From Chlorokybus atmophyticus (taxonomy: Eukaryota; Plantae; Mesostigma and Chlorokybus algae), in NCBI GenBank assembly GCA_009103225.1, contig RHPI01002630.1:1-64000 (forward strand): DNA of 64,000 nt, given 5' to 3'. The number at the start of each line of letters is the position of its first letter. Positions within the stretch are counted from its first letter, which is position 1. This document shows positions 11,771 through 23,989 of the stretch, piece after piece. The position numbers and the translations under genes were made by a program. The notes beneath the pieces were generated by a model. That model searched no databases. It saw only the letters and a program-made list of their open reading frames with translations, and was not told the origin of the DNA.

Positions 11771-14700
11771 GTGCAGTTCGTGCGTGCGTGCCGTTCAGTT
11801 AATATCTCATTAACAGGTAAGTACCCATACCCATACCCAGACATTGCAACTACGACAAACACATACGGCAAGGAGCTCGAGCACATACGCATACCTGCGT
11901 TCTGTTGTAATTGTCGTGCATGTGCAGGAATGCTGCTTGAGCCGGAGGGCATCAGCTTCGACGCGCCCATGAGCCTTGACAGCTGAAAGTAGTGGTCCAA
12001 GGTGCGTGTGCGCATGCGCGCGCGGGGGGGGGGGAGGGGAGGAGGGACGCTTGTGTTTGCAGGTGTGTGCGGGTGCTCTCTGTATGGACATGCGTGTGCA
12101 TGTCATGGTTCTGGAATCTCTAACATACCATTGCCACAGCGTTGAATTGCAATTGAGCAATGGCTAGGAAACACTTGTGTGACACGCACGACATGATTTC
12201 GACAGGGCTTGGGAATATGCAGTCGACCGTCCGGAGGGCCTCGTTGCCGTTCGCCAAAGTGTATTGCATGTGCAAACTTTTGCAGAGGATTGAAGGATGC
12301 CATCAGCTTGCGGCAACAGTGGAGACATTTTCAACAACATGGACGTTGGCAGGTTTGTGTGCTGTCGTGGTTGTCATGGATCATGTGTGTGCGCGCGCAT
12401 CTGTGCTGGGTGAGTACGTGGGTGAGAGTTGATTACGCTTAACAAACAGCGCATTGTGATAGCCGCCAACTGAAGCCTCATTCAGCCCTGCGCACAATGA
12501 AACCTCGCCAGCCGCAGCAGTTGAAGGCGAGCGTGTGACAGCGGTACCGTTATTAGCAAGTTGTGAGGATCCTGGCGTGCAAAATGAGGCGCGCGGCACG
12601 ACACTGATGACAAAGTCGGCAGCGAAGCTTGTGTGGATGAGACTAGCAAGCAGCGTGGTGAACACCACACACGATGGCTTGACAGGTCTGATGTGAATTT
12701 GGCGGCTTACACACGGCGTCATGAACTGCCTGACACGCATGCGCATGCTAACTTATGTAATTTGCAGCGTACTTGGGGATTGCACACGTGATGACGATGG
12801 ACTTCAAGAGGAGCAGGAAGAGGGAGCAGCAGAGGAGTGGCTAGGGGAGGACTTCAAGCAGGCAGGTGGTGAAGACCATGTGGACTTGTTTGCCGAAGAT
12901 CTCAGTCACCTTCATCAAGTACCGTTGTATGAGAATAGCAGCTTGTCAATGGAAATGGCTTCTCTGCTGCTTCTCATTCACAAACTTAAAAGTCAATCGA
13001 GTGCAGAGGGTCTGGATCAGCTGGCGATGTTCTTGCACGCATGCATGCTACCTTCCGACAACTTACTTCCCACAAGCAAACGGCAGTTGCTGCATGCTCT
13101 GAAGCACATTGCCCTGCCCACAATCAAGTTCGACGTGTGCGTTAATGACTGCGTTCTGTTTGCCGGTGAGGTCGAAGATAAGGAGGTCTGCCCGCAGTGC
13201 AACGAACCGAGGTGCGTCTTCATGTTGCATGTGCTTCCTTGACCTTAACTTGTACCAGCTCAGACATGTTGTCCTGCACCACAGGTTCAAAGGCACCATG
13301 GATAAGCAAAAACCTCGCAAAGTTTATCACTGCATGCCGCTCATACCACGCATCAAGCGCGCCTTTCGCCTCCGACATTTTGCAGCAAACCTCAGCTATC
13401 ATAAACGCAACCGCTCCAGCGACCCATGGATGAGGAGCATCTACGATTCTCCTACCTGGACGGAACTTGAAGATTTATACCCTGAGCTACGGCAAGAACC
13501 GCGCCACCTACGCTTGGGCTTTTCAACTGATGGGGTCAGCCCTTTCAAACGAGGTCCTTCAGCTCAGAGCACGTGTTCAATGTGGCCTTTGACAGTCTTT
13601 TGTTACAATATTCCTCCTTGGCTTACCTTCAAGCGAGAATACATGTGGACTGTAGGTATAATACCTGGTAAGTTGCGCGCGCGCGCACGCATGCATTCAC
13701 GCACGCAAACACGCAAACACGCACAGCAGCATGCCATTGAAGTTTTGCAATGTTGCATTGAGCAGGCCCTGGAGAGCCAAAAAACCTTAGCACGTACATC
13801 ATGCCACTCGTGAAGGAGCTCATGCGCCTCTGGGATGAAGGTGTGGTGGTGCATGACGTGGCGCCAGCACCAGGCCTGCCAGCTGAGTTCACAGTGAAGG
13901 CGATATTGATGACTTGTTTACATGATTATCCAGGTCTTGGTAAAACAGCTGGTAGACAGATCTGTGGTCGCATTGCCTGCATAGTGTGCGGTCCAAACTA
14001 CCAAGGGGAATACGTCTCTTGGTTAAGAAAGTGCGTGTTTATGAACCATCGTCGCTGCTTGCCAGAAGGTCATGCATTTAGGCTCAGCACCGGATGGGGC
14101 TCAACAGAGACGGCACCACCTCCAGCTCCTTTCTCCAATGGTGACGTCATGCGCGCAGCGATTGCTGGAGAGACATACGAAGGGCCAGCTAATCAGCACC
14201 CCGCAGTGCTAACTGGCGTCAAAGGCATCTCGCCATTTGCTCTACTGCCCTATTGGAATCATGTCCCGGGCCATCTAATAGACCGCATGCACTGCCTTTC
14301 AAACGCCATCAAGAAGATTGACTTGTGTCTTACAGGCAAAGAAGGGAACACATTGCGCGACAGGTGACACGTTGTAAGTGAGAGATTTGAAACAGGCCAA
14401 TGCTAAGGTTGATTGCATTACAGGTACGAGTTCATGGAGAGAGGTGTAATAGAGGAGCTATGGCCAATCATGAAGACAAACCGGCAAGGAGAGGCGTACT
14501 ATGTTAGGCCACCTGCACCTTATGTGTTTACAAAACAGGAAATGGAGCAAGTCCGACAAACATGGGTCCCCATGCGTTACCCTTCCGGATTCGGGGGTCG
14601 AGCATTGGCTGGTGTGCTCTCGGGAGGGGGGCGATACAAGGCAAAGACTCACAACTGGCACAACATAGGTATGTAATTACAGGTATACATGTGGTTGTCA

Positions 14701-16490
14701 CGCGCACAAGCAACCGCACACAGTCGTGCGCACAGCCAATGTGCCGTAGAGCTCCTGCAAGTGTGACTTCTCTTACATTGCAGGCACAATTTTGCTTCCA
14801 GCAGTCATATCGCAAAAGCTACAACCCCGTCAAAGAACTACTCTAGTGAAGTTATGCGATGCCTTATCCATTGTCGGTTCACCGTGGGTCTCTAAACAGA
14901 AGCAGGATCTAGATGAGTTGGAAGTGGAGTTGGTGGAGGCATTGTGTTTGTTAGAGAGAGACTTCCCTCGCGGCATCTTCAACATCTCCATGCACCTGCT
15001 GCTGCACTCAATGCAACAGTTCCGCAAACTTGGTCCTGTACGAGGCACCTGGATGTTTGGAGCTGAGCGACGAATGCAAGATATACGCCAGCAGGTATGC
15101 AGTTGTTGAGGCTACTTCAAGCCAATGGTTAGTCTAGTACCTTCTTGAGTTCAACACATTGTGTGCAGGCAACGAGTCGGAAAGACCCCGAAGCAAGCAT
15201 TGTGATGTCCATAGAGTTGGAAGAGATTTTGTTGTGTTGCAGTAGCGCCATGAAGCAGATATGGCCATCTGCCGGAGTCCGACTGTTTGACAGATCTGAT
15301 GTTATGCCTATTCCCCTCGGCACCAAACGCAAGTGGCGCTTAAGTGAGCGTCACAGGCAGCTCATCAACCTTTATGTGCGCAACAACTTCCCCGAAGTTG
15401 GAGACTTACACAAGTGAGTGCGAAGTGTGATCAACTCAGGGGTTAACCATGTTTGGCATGTACAGGTGTGTGGCAAAACCTAAGACTGTACATGTATGTT
15501 GCCAGGTTACTGGATGAAGTGAATAGACTGCGTATACAGAGTCAAGTCAAGCAGCGCGATAGGCACGGCAAGCACTTGCGCAATGGGTCTGAAAAGGATG
15601 ATATTGATGCTGCCACGATGTTGCAACAACAGCCGGATCTCTTGCACAAGTATAGCCCCAAGGCCTGTGCCATGTTCTTGGGTTGCCCGGCTGAGTGCAG
15701 CGCGTACTCACACATGACGGTTGAGGGCAAGCACTACAGGACAGCACATAAGGACAAAGACAAGGTAACTTTTGACTGTGGTGTGGAGGCGGGGTTTCAA
15801 TGCGAGTATGTAAGTCGCCGCAATGATAACCAACCTGTGCGAGCGATCCTACCTTTTTGGGGCGTTTTGCTCAACATATTCCACATAGAGTTTCTCGGTT
15901 CTGAGGTGAGAAGTGTTGCATGTATCTTCCAACCTTCACGTACATGGAACTTTGTGCTGAGGTGCGTTATTGATGCAGCTGTTACTTTGCCGCGTGAAGT
16001 GGTTCAAGAAGCAATTTAAAAACCAACAATCCTCAGTCACAGACACGGGGAGGTTCTGGGTGCATCGAAACCAGTTTTTCAAGGAGGAAGAGGAGCCCTA
16101 CATTGAGGCGGATCGCCTCACAGGGCAAGTGTTCTTTGCCATGCCGACTGTGGCAAACTGTGACAGGCTGATAGTGCTTGAGAAGGAGGTGGCCACGAGA
16201 GTGGCATTCATCAAGTCGGTGAGGCCTCGCATGGAGGATCCCTCTCCTCCTGCTGATGCGGAGGAGAGGCGCTCTTCAATGTCTGCTTGCGCACGTGATA
16301 AACTACTGCGACAAGCGCGCGAAGCCTTCAAGGTGGGAGATGCAGCAGCTGTCGGCGAAGGTGAAGAAGAGATGGAGGAGGACAGCGACACAGGTACATG
16401 GTTGAACGCCATGACTGGTTGGTTGTATAACCAATTACACACATGCATGTTTTGTGCATTCACACAAGTCATTGACACGCTTGACTAGTC
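11771..16490 (+). CDS. tnpD: CACTA transposase TnpD (Transposase_21/DUF4218/DUF4216-type), spliced
   Basis: Motifs FDVCVNDCVLF..CPQCNEPR, YHCMPLIPRIK, SIYDSPTW, RLGFSTDGVSPF, WPLTVFCYNIPPW, HDYPG, HRRCLPEGHAFR, DRMHC, MHLLLH, GTWMFGAERRM. Eight consecutive exons from ~12768 to 16391 join in frame at GT-AG sites. The ends of the gene are approximate. Confidence 0.9.
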
Positions 16491-17419
16491 ACAAGAGCTC
16501 ACAGGCAAACTAGCTGTCCGCTAATTAGGAGACGAACTTGACGACGACAGCACTTGAGTGGAGTCGTGTGGGCTGGTGTTGGTAGCGCTGCCAGTACATG
16601 CAGCGCATTGCGACAAGATACTGTCAACAGCAGGCCAGTTGATAGCAATAGCAAGGGCAAGGACAACATGTGTACTTGCAATCGAGCATCAACGAGTGAC
16701 TGATCATTGTTTGTTATGGGCCTTGTGCTGAAACTCACGCGCTCTGAATGCGCTTAATTCGCAATCACAACTTGCATTCAGTTGCTAGTTGTTAACAACT
16801 TACATTAGGCGTTCGTGCATCGAATGAATACTCACATTCAGCTGCGCAGCTGAATGTGAGTACCAAAAGTCTGATCTGAGTCAAGGCCAGGTGACAAGGT
16901 CAGTCCTTAGCATCTCAAGTTCAGCTGCGCCTTCAGTCTTTAATGTCTGACTGCTACCAATGTGCTGCAATTCAGTTCCGTTACGACTGAATGTCAGCTG
17001 CACACAGCTGAAATTCTGATGTCTGAAACAGGCAATATTTTTGTAGTGTATAGTCAGCCAATCATGCATCGCTTATCAGATAGCCTTACCCATCTAGGGA
17101 TAGCTGTGCAGCAATTGGTTGGTAGCCTATGCCAGGGGGTGATGTGGTTGCACACGCACCATTCCATGGATAGAGACTTGCCATCATGTATAGTGCACGA
17201 GTGTAGAGTACAGTGCTGCCAGACAATGACACACACATCATTTCCATAGCAGTTTGTGTGCCTTCATGTGAAGAGGATGGGACATCCTGGCCCACCCTGT
17301 TGGGGGTGTGACTTGACCGAAGTTGTACATGTGATACACTAAGAACCAGCCAGCGCCCTACACGTTCAGTGAGATCTCTGTCGAGACAGGCAGGCTCCGG
17401 ACAACTTTGAAAGAGGCCT

Positions 17420-18264
17420 CTTTACACACGCTGCCAATGTGCGGTTTTGCGCTGACCAATGTCCTTGGAGCAGCGGTTGCAGTACACCTCGTCCAACAAG
17501 AACTCTATCGCCGCCAACTGTGTTGTCAAGAGCTGTCGCTTTGTCGGGCCCGTCGAACCCCAGCTTTGCTTCAAACTCGCCAGCGCCCGTCTGTGCAGGG
17601 CTGTGGCCTTGCCGTAGTCGTGATCCTGATCAATAGCAACTGCTTTGCAGATCTTGAAAGCATAGCCAACATGACGAGCCTTGGCGACGGTGCAAGATGT
17701 GTTCGAAACTGCGCAAATTGCTCTGCTCCTTGCAGCGTGGGAAGGCTACACAGCCCTGGACCACCCACTGGTGACCAAGAGATGCGACTGCCATTGTAGT
17801 CAGAGCACCAAGCCTTGCCACGGGTGGTGTATTCAGCGATTGGGTGGGTCGCCTGACATATAGCCGTCACAGTCAGTACACCAGCAGGTGCTTAACACCA
17901 TAACCATCGCCTGCAGTGTCAGCAACATGTGTGTAGGTCGGTGTCTTTAAGTGGGTGCGCGTGCGTTGAGTGTCTGTGAGTGAAGTCATAGTCCACGCAC
18001 TGCCAGTTTACAGTACAAGGAATGCTGCCCTGTGCCAAGCGTGTGAGCTCAAGTGTGCCCATGTCAAGCATATAGGCACAAGGCTAGGTAGATGGGCGAG
18101 TCTTGATAGGAAATGTAGGGCGCACGCAAGGCGGTCTGGCGACCAAGATCAGCCGATGAGCAAGCCGGTTCGCAATTTGGGGAAGCTAGCTGTGGCTAGT
18201 TTGGGAAACAATGTACACTCCGACGCATGGTGGCCTGAGCTGAGCCAAGCTTCCCTCCCCCCCC

Positions 18265-18327
<63 letters not shown>

Positions 18328-18540
18328 NCATTGGTGCATTGATTATGATGATGATGGTGGGAGCTGCAGTAGGGGACCACGTTTGCCATTATGGCTCTGG
18401 CATAATGAACACCAGAGGGATCTGCTCCAAGGACAGCGGTCAGCGCTCGCCGTACAATAGCAGCGCTTGCATTGCCATATCCTGGAAGAGGCCATACCTT
18501 TCCCCAAACCTGCCTTCCATGACAGCGATCTGACTGAAAG
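17420..18540 (-). pseudogene. Possible degenerate TPR-repeat gene remnant
   Basis: Frameshifted fragments DYGKATALHRRALAS/EAKLGSTGP and AAIVRRALTAVLGAD resemble the kinesin-light-chain type TPR consensus (A..LY.RAL...E..LG..HP). No intact ORF. Confidence 0.3.
18253..18327. repeat. Poly-C (poly-G on minus) homopolymer tract ~70 nt next to an N
   Basis: Directly visible. Its length is unreliable. Confidence 0.95.
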
Positions 18541-18824
18541 CGTGCAGCGCTGGCTGTTAGTGTAACAACAACAGCTATTACTGTGCTTAGTTTCCACCCC
18601 AGAAAGGGTGAACAGGTTCATCACACATGATGTCCCATCCCCTTCACAATGTAATATTCAATGCATATAAGATGCTATGATGTTCTTGAGGTGTGCGTCT
18701 CACAACTTGTAACAAAACTTTACTCGACACTTGTATACTATACATGAAGGCAAGTCTCTGTTAACCCTATGCGCATGTGTGATCATGCACGTGCAAGTTG
18801 CATGGCGCAGCCGCATCACCCCTG

Positions 18825-19562
18825 TCACAGGCTACCAACCATTTGCCGCATAGCTATCCTTAGTTGGTTAAGGCTATCCTTCCAGCGAAGCATCATTGGC
18901 TGACGGTTGTCACTGCTGAGGCTGTGCGCCTCAGCCAGTTCCTTTGCTCTAGGTGGGACACGGGTGGGGTAAAGCTGCTTCCAAGCTTCATCAAGGGAGC
19001 TCTCCACCGTCTCATCTTTGCGATTGTACACTTGGCAGTACAACTCTTGCAGGAGGTAGTAGCGTCTTGGCCGGCTACAACTGGCGGCTGGGTGGCTGCG
19101 GAGGTAATGCGGGGGGTTCTGTCTCGTGGTATTATCGCGCCCGTACCATTTAGCAATATCGAAGGGCTCAACAGCTACGCGATAGTCGTTACCACGCTGT
19201 AGCCATGTGCTGTTCCTTGAAGACAGGAACCCAATAGGAAATGATCCGCTGTCATGAACATCTGTTACCCAGTCCCAAAACCCTGCGAGCAAGCGTCGGG
19301 CGTCTTCAACTTGCTGGATTTCAGCATCTGCAGGGGCTGTCCTTTTCCTGCCAACTCTGAAGCGAACATAACAATCTTGGTATTTGTCTCTGTAGCGAGA
19401 AACAATCGACATGGCCTGAATCATGTCTTTGGTGTACTGCGTGTTCAACTGAAACATCAACTGCAGCTTGCGGTCGCGGCGGCCAAACCACAGATTGATC
19501 AGCGAAAGAACTGTTCCGAGCGCACCTAATACAGCGCCGAGAATGCTGATTGAGTCCGCCAT
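18825..19562 (-). CDS. Intronless membrane-anchored EP-domain protein (245 aa)
   Basis: N-terminal hydrophobic helix SISILGAVLGALGTVLSLINLWF followed by RRDRK. Then EDARRLLAGFWDWVTDVHDSGSFPIGF...WLQRGNDYRVAVEPFDIAKWYG...HYLRSHP...RPRRYYLLQELY, the full set of EP motifs (LAGFWD, EPLDIA, RPRRY). ATG start, open frame. Confidence 0.88.
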   Translation of the reverse strand: MADSISILGAVLGALGTVLSLINLWFGRRDRKLQLMFQLNTQYTKDMIQAMSIVSRYRDKYQDCYVRFRVGRKRTAPADAEIQQVEDARRLLAGFWDWVTDVHDSGSFPIGFLSSRNSTWLQRGNDYRVAVEPFDIAKWYGRDNTTRQNPPHYLRSHPAASCSRPRRYYLLQELYCQVYNRKDETVESSLDEAWKQLYPTRVPPRAKELAEAHSLSSDNRQPMMLRWKDSLNQLRIAMRQMVGSL

Positions 19563-20949
19563 GCCGGATGGTGCAAATTGACACTGCAGCTCGCCCAGCG
19601 CTGCCCTGTACGGAGTTGGAATGGCTTAATGGCATGATGCGTCCATGCAAGCGAGTAGACTGTTCGTGTACACTCTGTGACATGATACACGCACAATGCA
19701 AACACATAACTAGTAAGCACAGCACAGAGTATGATAGTGTGTAAGGGTGCTGTCGACTGTAACAATGTCCAGAAATGGTTGTTGCCAAGCGGAATGGCCA
19801 CGAAAGGACACCCACGCAGTAGTAACATACCTGCATTTTTGAAAACGCTGCCCCCTTGGACATGATACAGACACAAACTTTAATGTAGATTCGGTCCTTA
19901 CCATTTAATCACACATGCAGTCCCGCGCATACATCTTTGCACGTGCTCCCTAACACACACGACTCTTTCTCTCACTGACACTTGCATGCAGTTCAACTAC
20001 ATGATGCATGTTCGCTAGCACACTCACCCCACACGCAGCGTCACCAATATACTTTTACCCCCCACACACACGCACATCCTCACTCTTACGCACTTAGACA
20101 GCAAGCTGGACTTGACACAAGCTTTCAAGGAGAAGCTCTAGAGTGGTCAACAGCTGGATGCTTGCAAGAATGAATGCATGCGTGCAAGTGTGGGGTAGAG
20201 AGCATGGAAAGCATGAAAGCACGACTGCGGAGCGGCGGAGCGGAGCGGCCAACCTGCGCTGCAGCGGTAGGTCCCAGGTGTAGAGGCAGCCAGCCGCCAG
20301 GCAGCGATGATGACCCCTACGACTGCACGGAAGACGACCAGGCTGCCGCCGCCCCCGGCCAGCATGTCCAGCTAAGACAACCCCACTTGCCTTGACTTCT
20401 TCCTGCCGAAAAGAGTTTGCTAAGCAAGAGGCATGCACCCTCCCTCTCGTAATAAGACTAGGAGCTAAGAGAATAGAGGGTGAGTCTACCCTCGAACATA
20501 AAAATGTTAGTGTTAGCTCAGCTAGTTTAGCTGAAGCACAAATCATCAATGTCACACATACAGGTCGCGACCGGCGAGGTCCGGTCGGGACCGACACGGG
20601 ACTGACATGTTCAGCCTACAATTGGCTGGGCGCGAATAGGTAGAAGCCGTTGGATTGGAGCATTAACTGATTTATGAAGTCCATGGGACATGTCCAGCAA
20701 CACGTGACATTTTCAGAAACAAATGTAAAGTGTTCACTGGAGAAATGCACAATGAGCATACCGGTATGTACAAGCGTGCAACCTAAATACAAGCAAACAC
20801 AAGTCAAACAACTCTGTGTCTGTATTGCAAAGGGAGGCCTTCACATTAGGATGGCTACTGTGCTATTTATGAAAAAAACAGTGTTAAATGTTATAGCTTG
20901 TTGAAGTACATGTATAGGCGGCGCCTACATGTAGTTGGTACGATCAGCT

Positions 20950-21100
20950 TAACCTTTATAGTTACGGGAGTTACGAGAGTTAGGAGAGTTACGGCAGTTA
21001 TGGTCAACCATGGTCTATTTTTACTTTGACCGTTGGCTTTAACCATTGACTAGTGTTGACTAATGTTGACTTTGACCCGAGTTGACTAGAGTTGACTAGT
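20950..21100. repeat. Clusters of short repeats (AGTTACG x4-5; TTGACT/TTGACC x7), possible transposon subterminal region
   Basis: agttacgggagttacgagagttaggagagttacggcagtta, then ttgaccgttg...ttgactagtgttgactaatgttgactttgacccgagttgactagagttgactag. Confidence 0.5.
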
Positions 21101-23989
21101 ACTTAGTAGCATAGTATATAAGACACTGTATACTGCTTAATACAGTGGGTCGCACATTGTCTCTATCGTTGGCGTGCTCGCTGCACTTGTCCTTAGTGTA
21201 TGCACACTTGTATGTAGGAGGCAAATACACACACACTAGGCGCATCACTAGTTCTCTACAAACAGTACAGTAGAAAGTATCAAAAAGCGGACTGTTTTGG
21301 CCACCAAGTTGCAAACTATGTGATAATGATGTATAGTCGTGCCATATATGGTTGCAAGCGGAATTTGAAGGCCTACACGAGAAAATTAATGTTGAGATTT
21401 ATGGATATATGGTGTAGCATACCCGGATTTTCAAAGTTGTACGAAAATTGCAGCACAGTAGCCTCAATGGGTAATCATGAAATAACTCATGCTATAAGCA
21501 TGTCATGGCTACCAACCTTGCAATAGCATTAATACATGCTAGCAAACACATGTTGTACTCGCTTGCGCACACATCATCACATTTGAAATGTTATTTAAGT
21601 GATAACACTATTGCACATGGCGCAGCCGCAGGCTGCATTCTTATAAGCATGTTTAAACGCCATGCTCGTGTGCCGATCATGCCAACGAGTAACTCTTCAT
21701 GAATGTCAACGTCATAAAGGATGCCTTCCCAAGAGTGTTTGATTTTTTGAGGTTTACATTTATGGTAGCATGTTATAGCAGTTGCATTAAAATAGTACTG
21801 AAATGCAGTATAGTTACCGGCCAGCCTGTATTAAGCAATTGCTCATAAGCTGAACCAAAGACAGAAAACATTGTTACGCCTTTTATACTAGCCTTAAAGC
21901 TGGTTTTCATATGCTGGTTTTGAGATTGATAGATACAAGTCCATATTAATTGGATTGACAACATAATCCACTTCGGCAAGATCAAAGCTTGGTGAGTAGG
22001 GGGTGCGTCACCTCTGCAGATTGCGTCATCAAAATCATCTACGTTTGTAATGCATATCGGCGTGAGTAAAGATGTTTCTTGGTGGGGCTCTAAATTACGA
22101 TGGTGGCACAAGTTCCGCACTGATATGCACATTACTGTTATTGCCAGTACATACTTGCGGGATTCAGGTTAAGGAGGAGGCGGAGAAGGATGAAATGGCG
22201 TTGATAGTATTGATTGCGTGCATGAGTTAGGCTTGCGAATTCGAATGGACGACAACCGCAAGGTTGAGCGCCGCCTACGAGGTGAACATGAATGGGCGGT
22301 TGGTGGGCTCGATGGGTTATTTATCTTATCAGAGTCGCGGCTGTGCTTAATTAACAAGTTTTATTGCGGTGTCAACTGCAGAGCGCGCACCGTACGTACT
22401 GGCATTCTTGGCATTCTCATCATGCGCGCATGTATGAAGCTGTGCTGAAGGTATTGACTCAATTCGGCAAATCTGTCTTAAAGTTCGAAGCTTTTCCGCT
22501 TCCATCCGTCTGTATATCACGACATCAGAATACATGAACCCAAGTCTAACGCATGCAACACGCGCTCATACAAATACACACGCGCACTACGCAACACAAT
22601 TTTGCAACCTCACCCCAACCCCTACCCACCCAACACACAGATTATTCCACACTATGTTACGGCGGGGGGTCCGGCCGTCCAAGCCATAAAAGACCATGGT
22701 GGTAATTATGGCTATTCTATTCTTATGAGGATTTATAGTTATTCAAGCCCCTTCCAGAGGGCTATCGTAACACACTAACACTTAACTATGCGCGCATATG
22801 GTTGTTGGACGGTTTGTTGACAAGCTTTGGGTTACCGCATACATGTGTACAAATTCATGATCTCAATGTGATTTATCTATTTTGTACATGCCTGCTAAAC
22901 ATGTCAAAGGTGACGGTGCGGTTATCGCAAAATTAATCGACCTGCTTTGATTTGCTACCCACAAGTGTACGTTTTGCAAAACTTAAGCTTATTGTTGCTT
23001 GCTTGTCGTTCAATGCATGTGCTTATTGACGGCGCGCAACTTATGAATCATAAAGACCTTCCATAATCAACATGTTACGCATTCAATGTGGACTTAATGT
23101 GCTCGCTGCAAGCTGTTAAAGTGGGTCGACTCTCTTTTGTATACAGACAAATCAACTTGTTGTGGCAACACAGGTGTTGCGTATCCACCGTTGATAAGCA
23201 TTGAAAAGTAACATTCGAGCAAAATGTGGTCGCATGTGACACTTATGGTTGCAGCCATAAGTAGTTGCATGTGCAACATGACTGTCAACTGAACAAGTTG
23301 TTGTACATTCTTGATGACGGCATCAGCTCAGGTTTTGTTGACCTCTACACGCTGATGAATCACTGAGTGACCCCGCCCCTTGCTATAGGGCTATGCCAAA
23401 ATAAGTACAACGACTGTTTAAAGCGTGATTGCAACATGCAGTATGCATGCAGCCTATTTAGATGCGAGCATTCTATTGGTCTCGTTTCTCCAGTCTTGTG
23501 GCTAGCTCATTGTGCTATGTCATTCCTCTAAAGATGAGCCGTATAGCCGTAACGCGGTTCAACGATGCTGCTTGTTCCGCGAAATGTGTGAGCAACGTCG
23601 ACGCTTTCAAGTGCAAAGAATGTAACAACAATGTTGCAATGTTTGTAACTATATGACTGCCAGCATGCATCAACTTTGATTGGCACGTGCTGCAGCAAAT
23701 GCATCATCTCTATGAATATTGTGATTGGTGGGATCGGCATATCAAGTACTGCATAATGCATGCACAAGACAACCACAACCAACATACAGAAACGCCTATG
23801 CCAAACAGTTTTAACAGCATACAAGAGAAAGGCAGCTTTGACAAGTGTTCGGTAGAATCCTTCAATGACATCAACATGATGATGCTCATAATTACTTTAA
23901 TCGACAAATTTAATTAATATATATCCTACCAAAGAGGCCTTGAACTTGCACAGCAGGTAAGGAGTTTGCTTCAGTAGCCTCCAACACAT

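Larger units (their letters stand above)
8400..17048. mobile_element. Complete CACTA/En-Spm DNA transposon (8649 bp)
   Basis: Left end CACTACAAAA at 8400 and right end TTTTGTAGTG ending at 17048. Imperfect ~70-bp TIRs (shared ttcagac, tcagctg, agct.aca.tcagtc). 3-bp TSD TAT (8397-8399, 17049-17051). TGTCAG/CTGACA-like subterminal motifs. Confidence 0.92.

Noticed and set aside
17970-18533. Poly-Pro/poly-Gly ORFs
   Set aside because: Produced by the poly-C tract next to an N. No other coding signal.
21300-23920. Short ORFs in the AT-richer block as viral genes
   Set aside because: All are under 120 aa, with no motifs and frequent stops.
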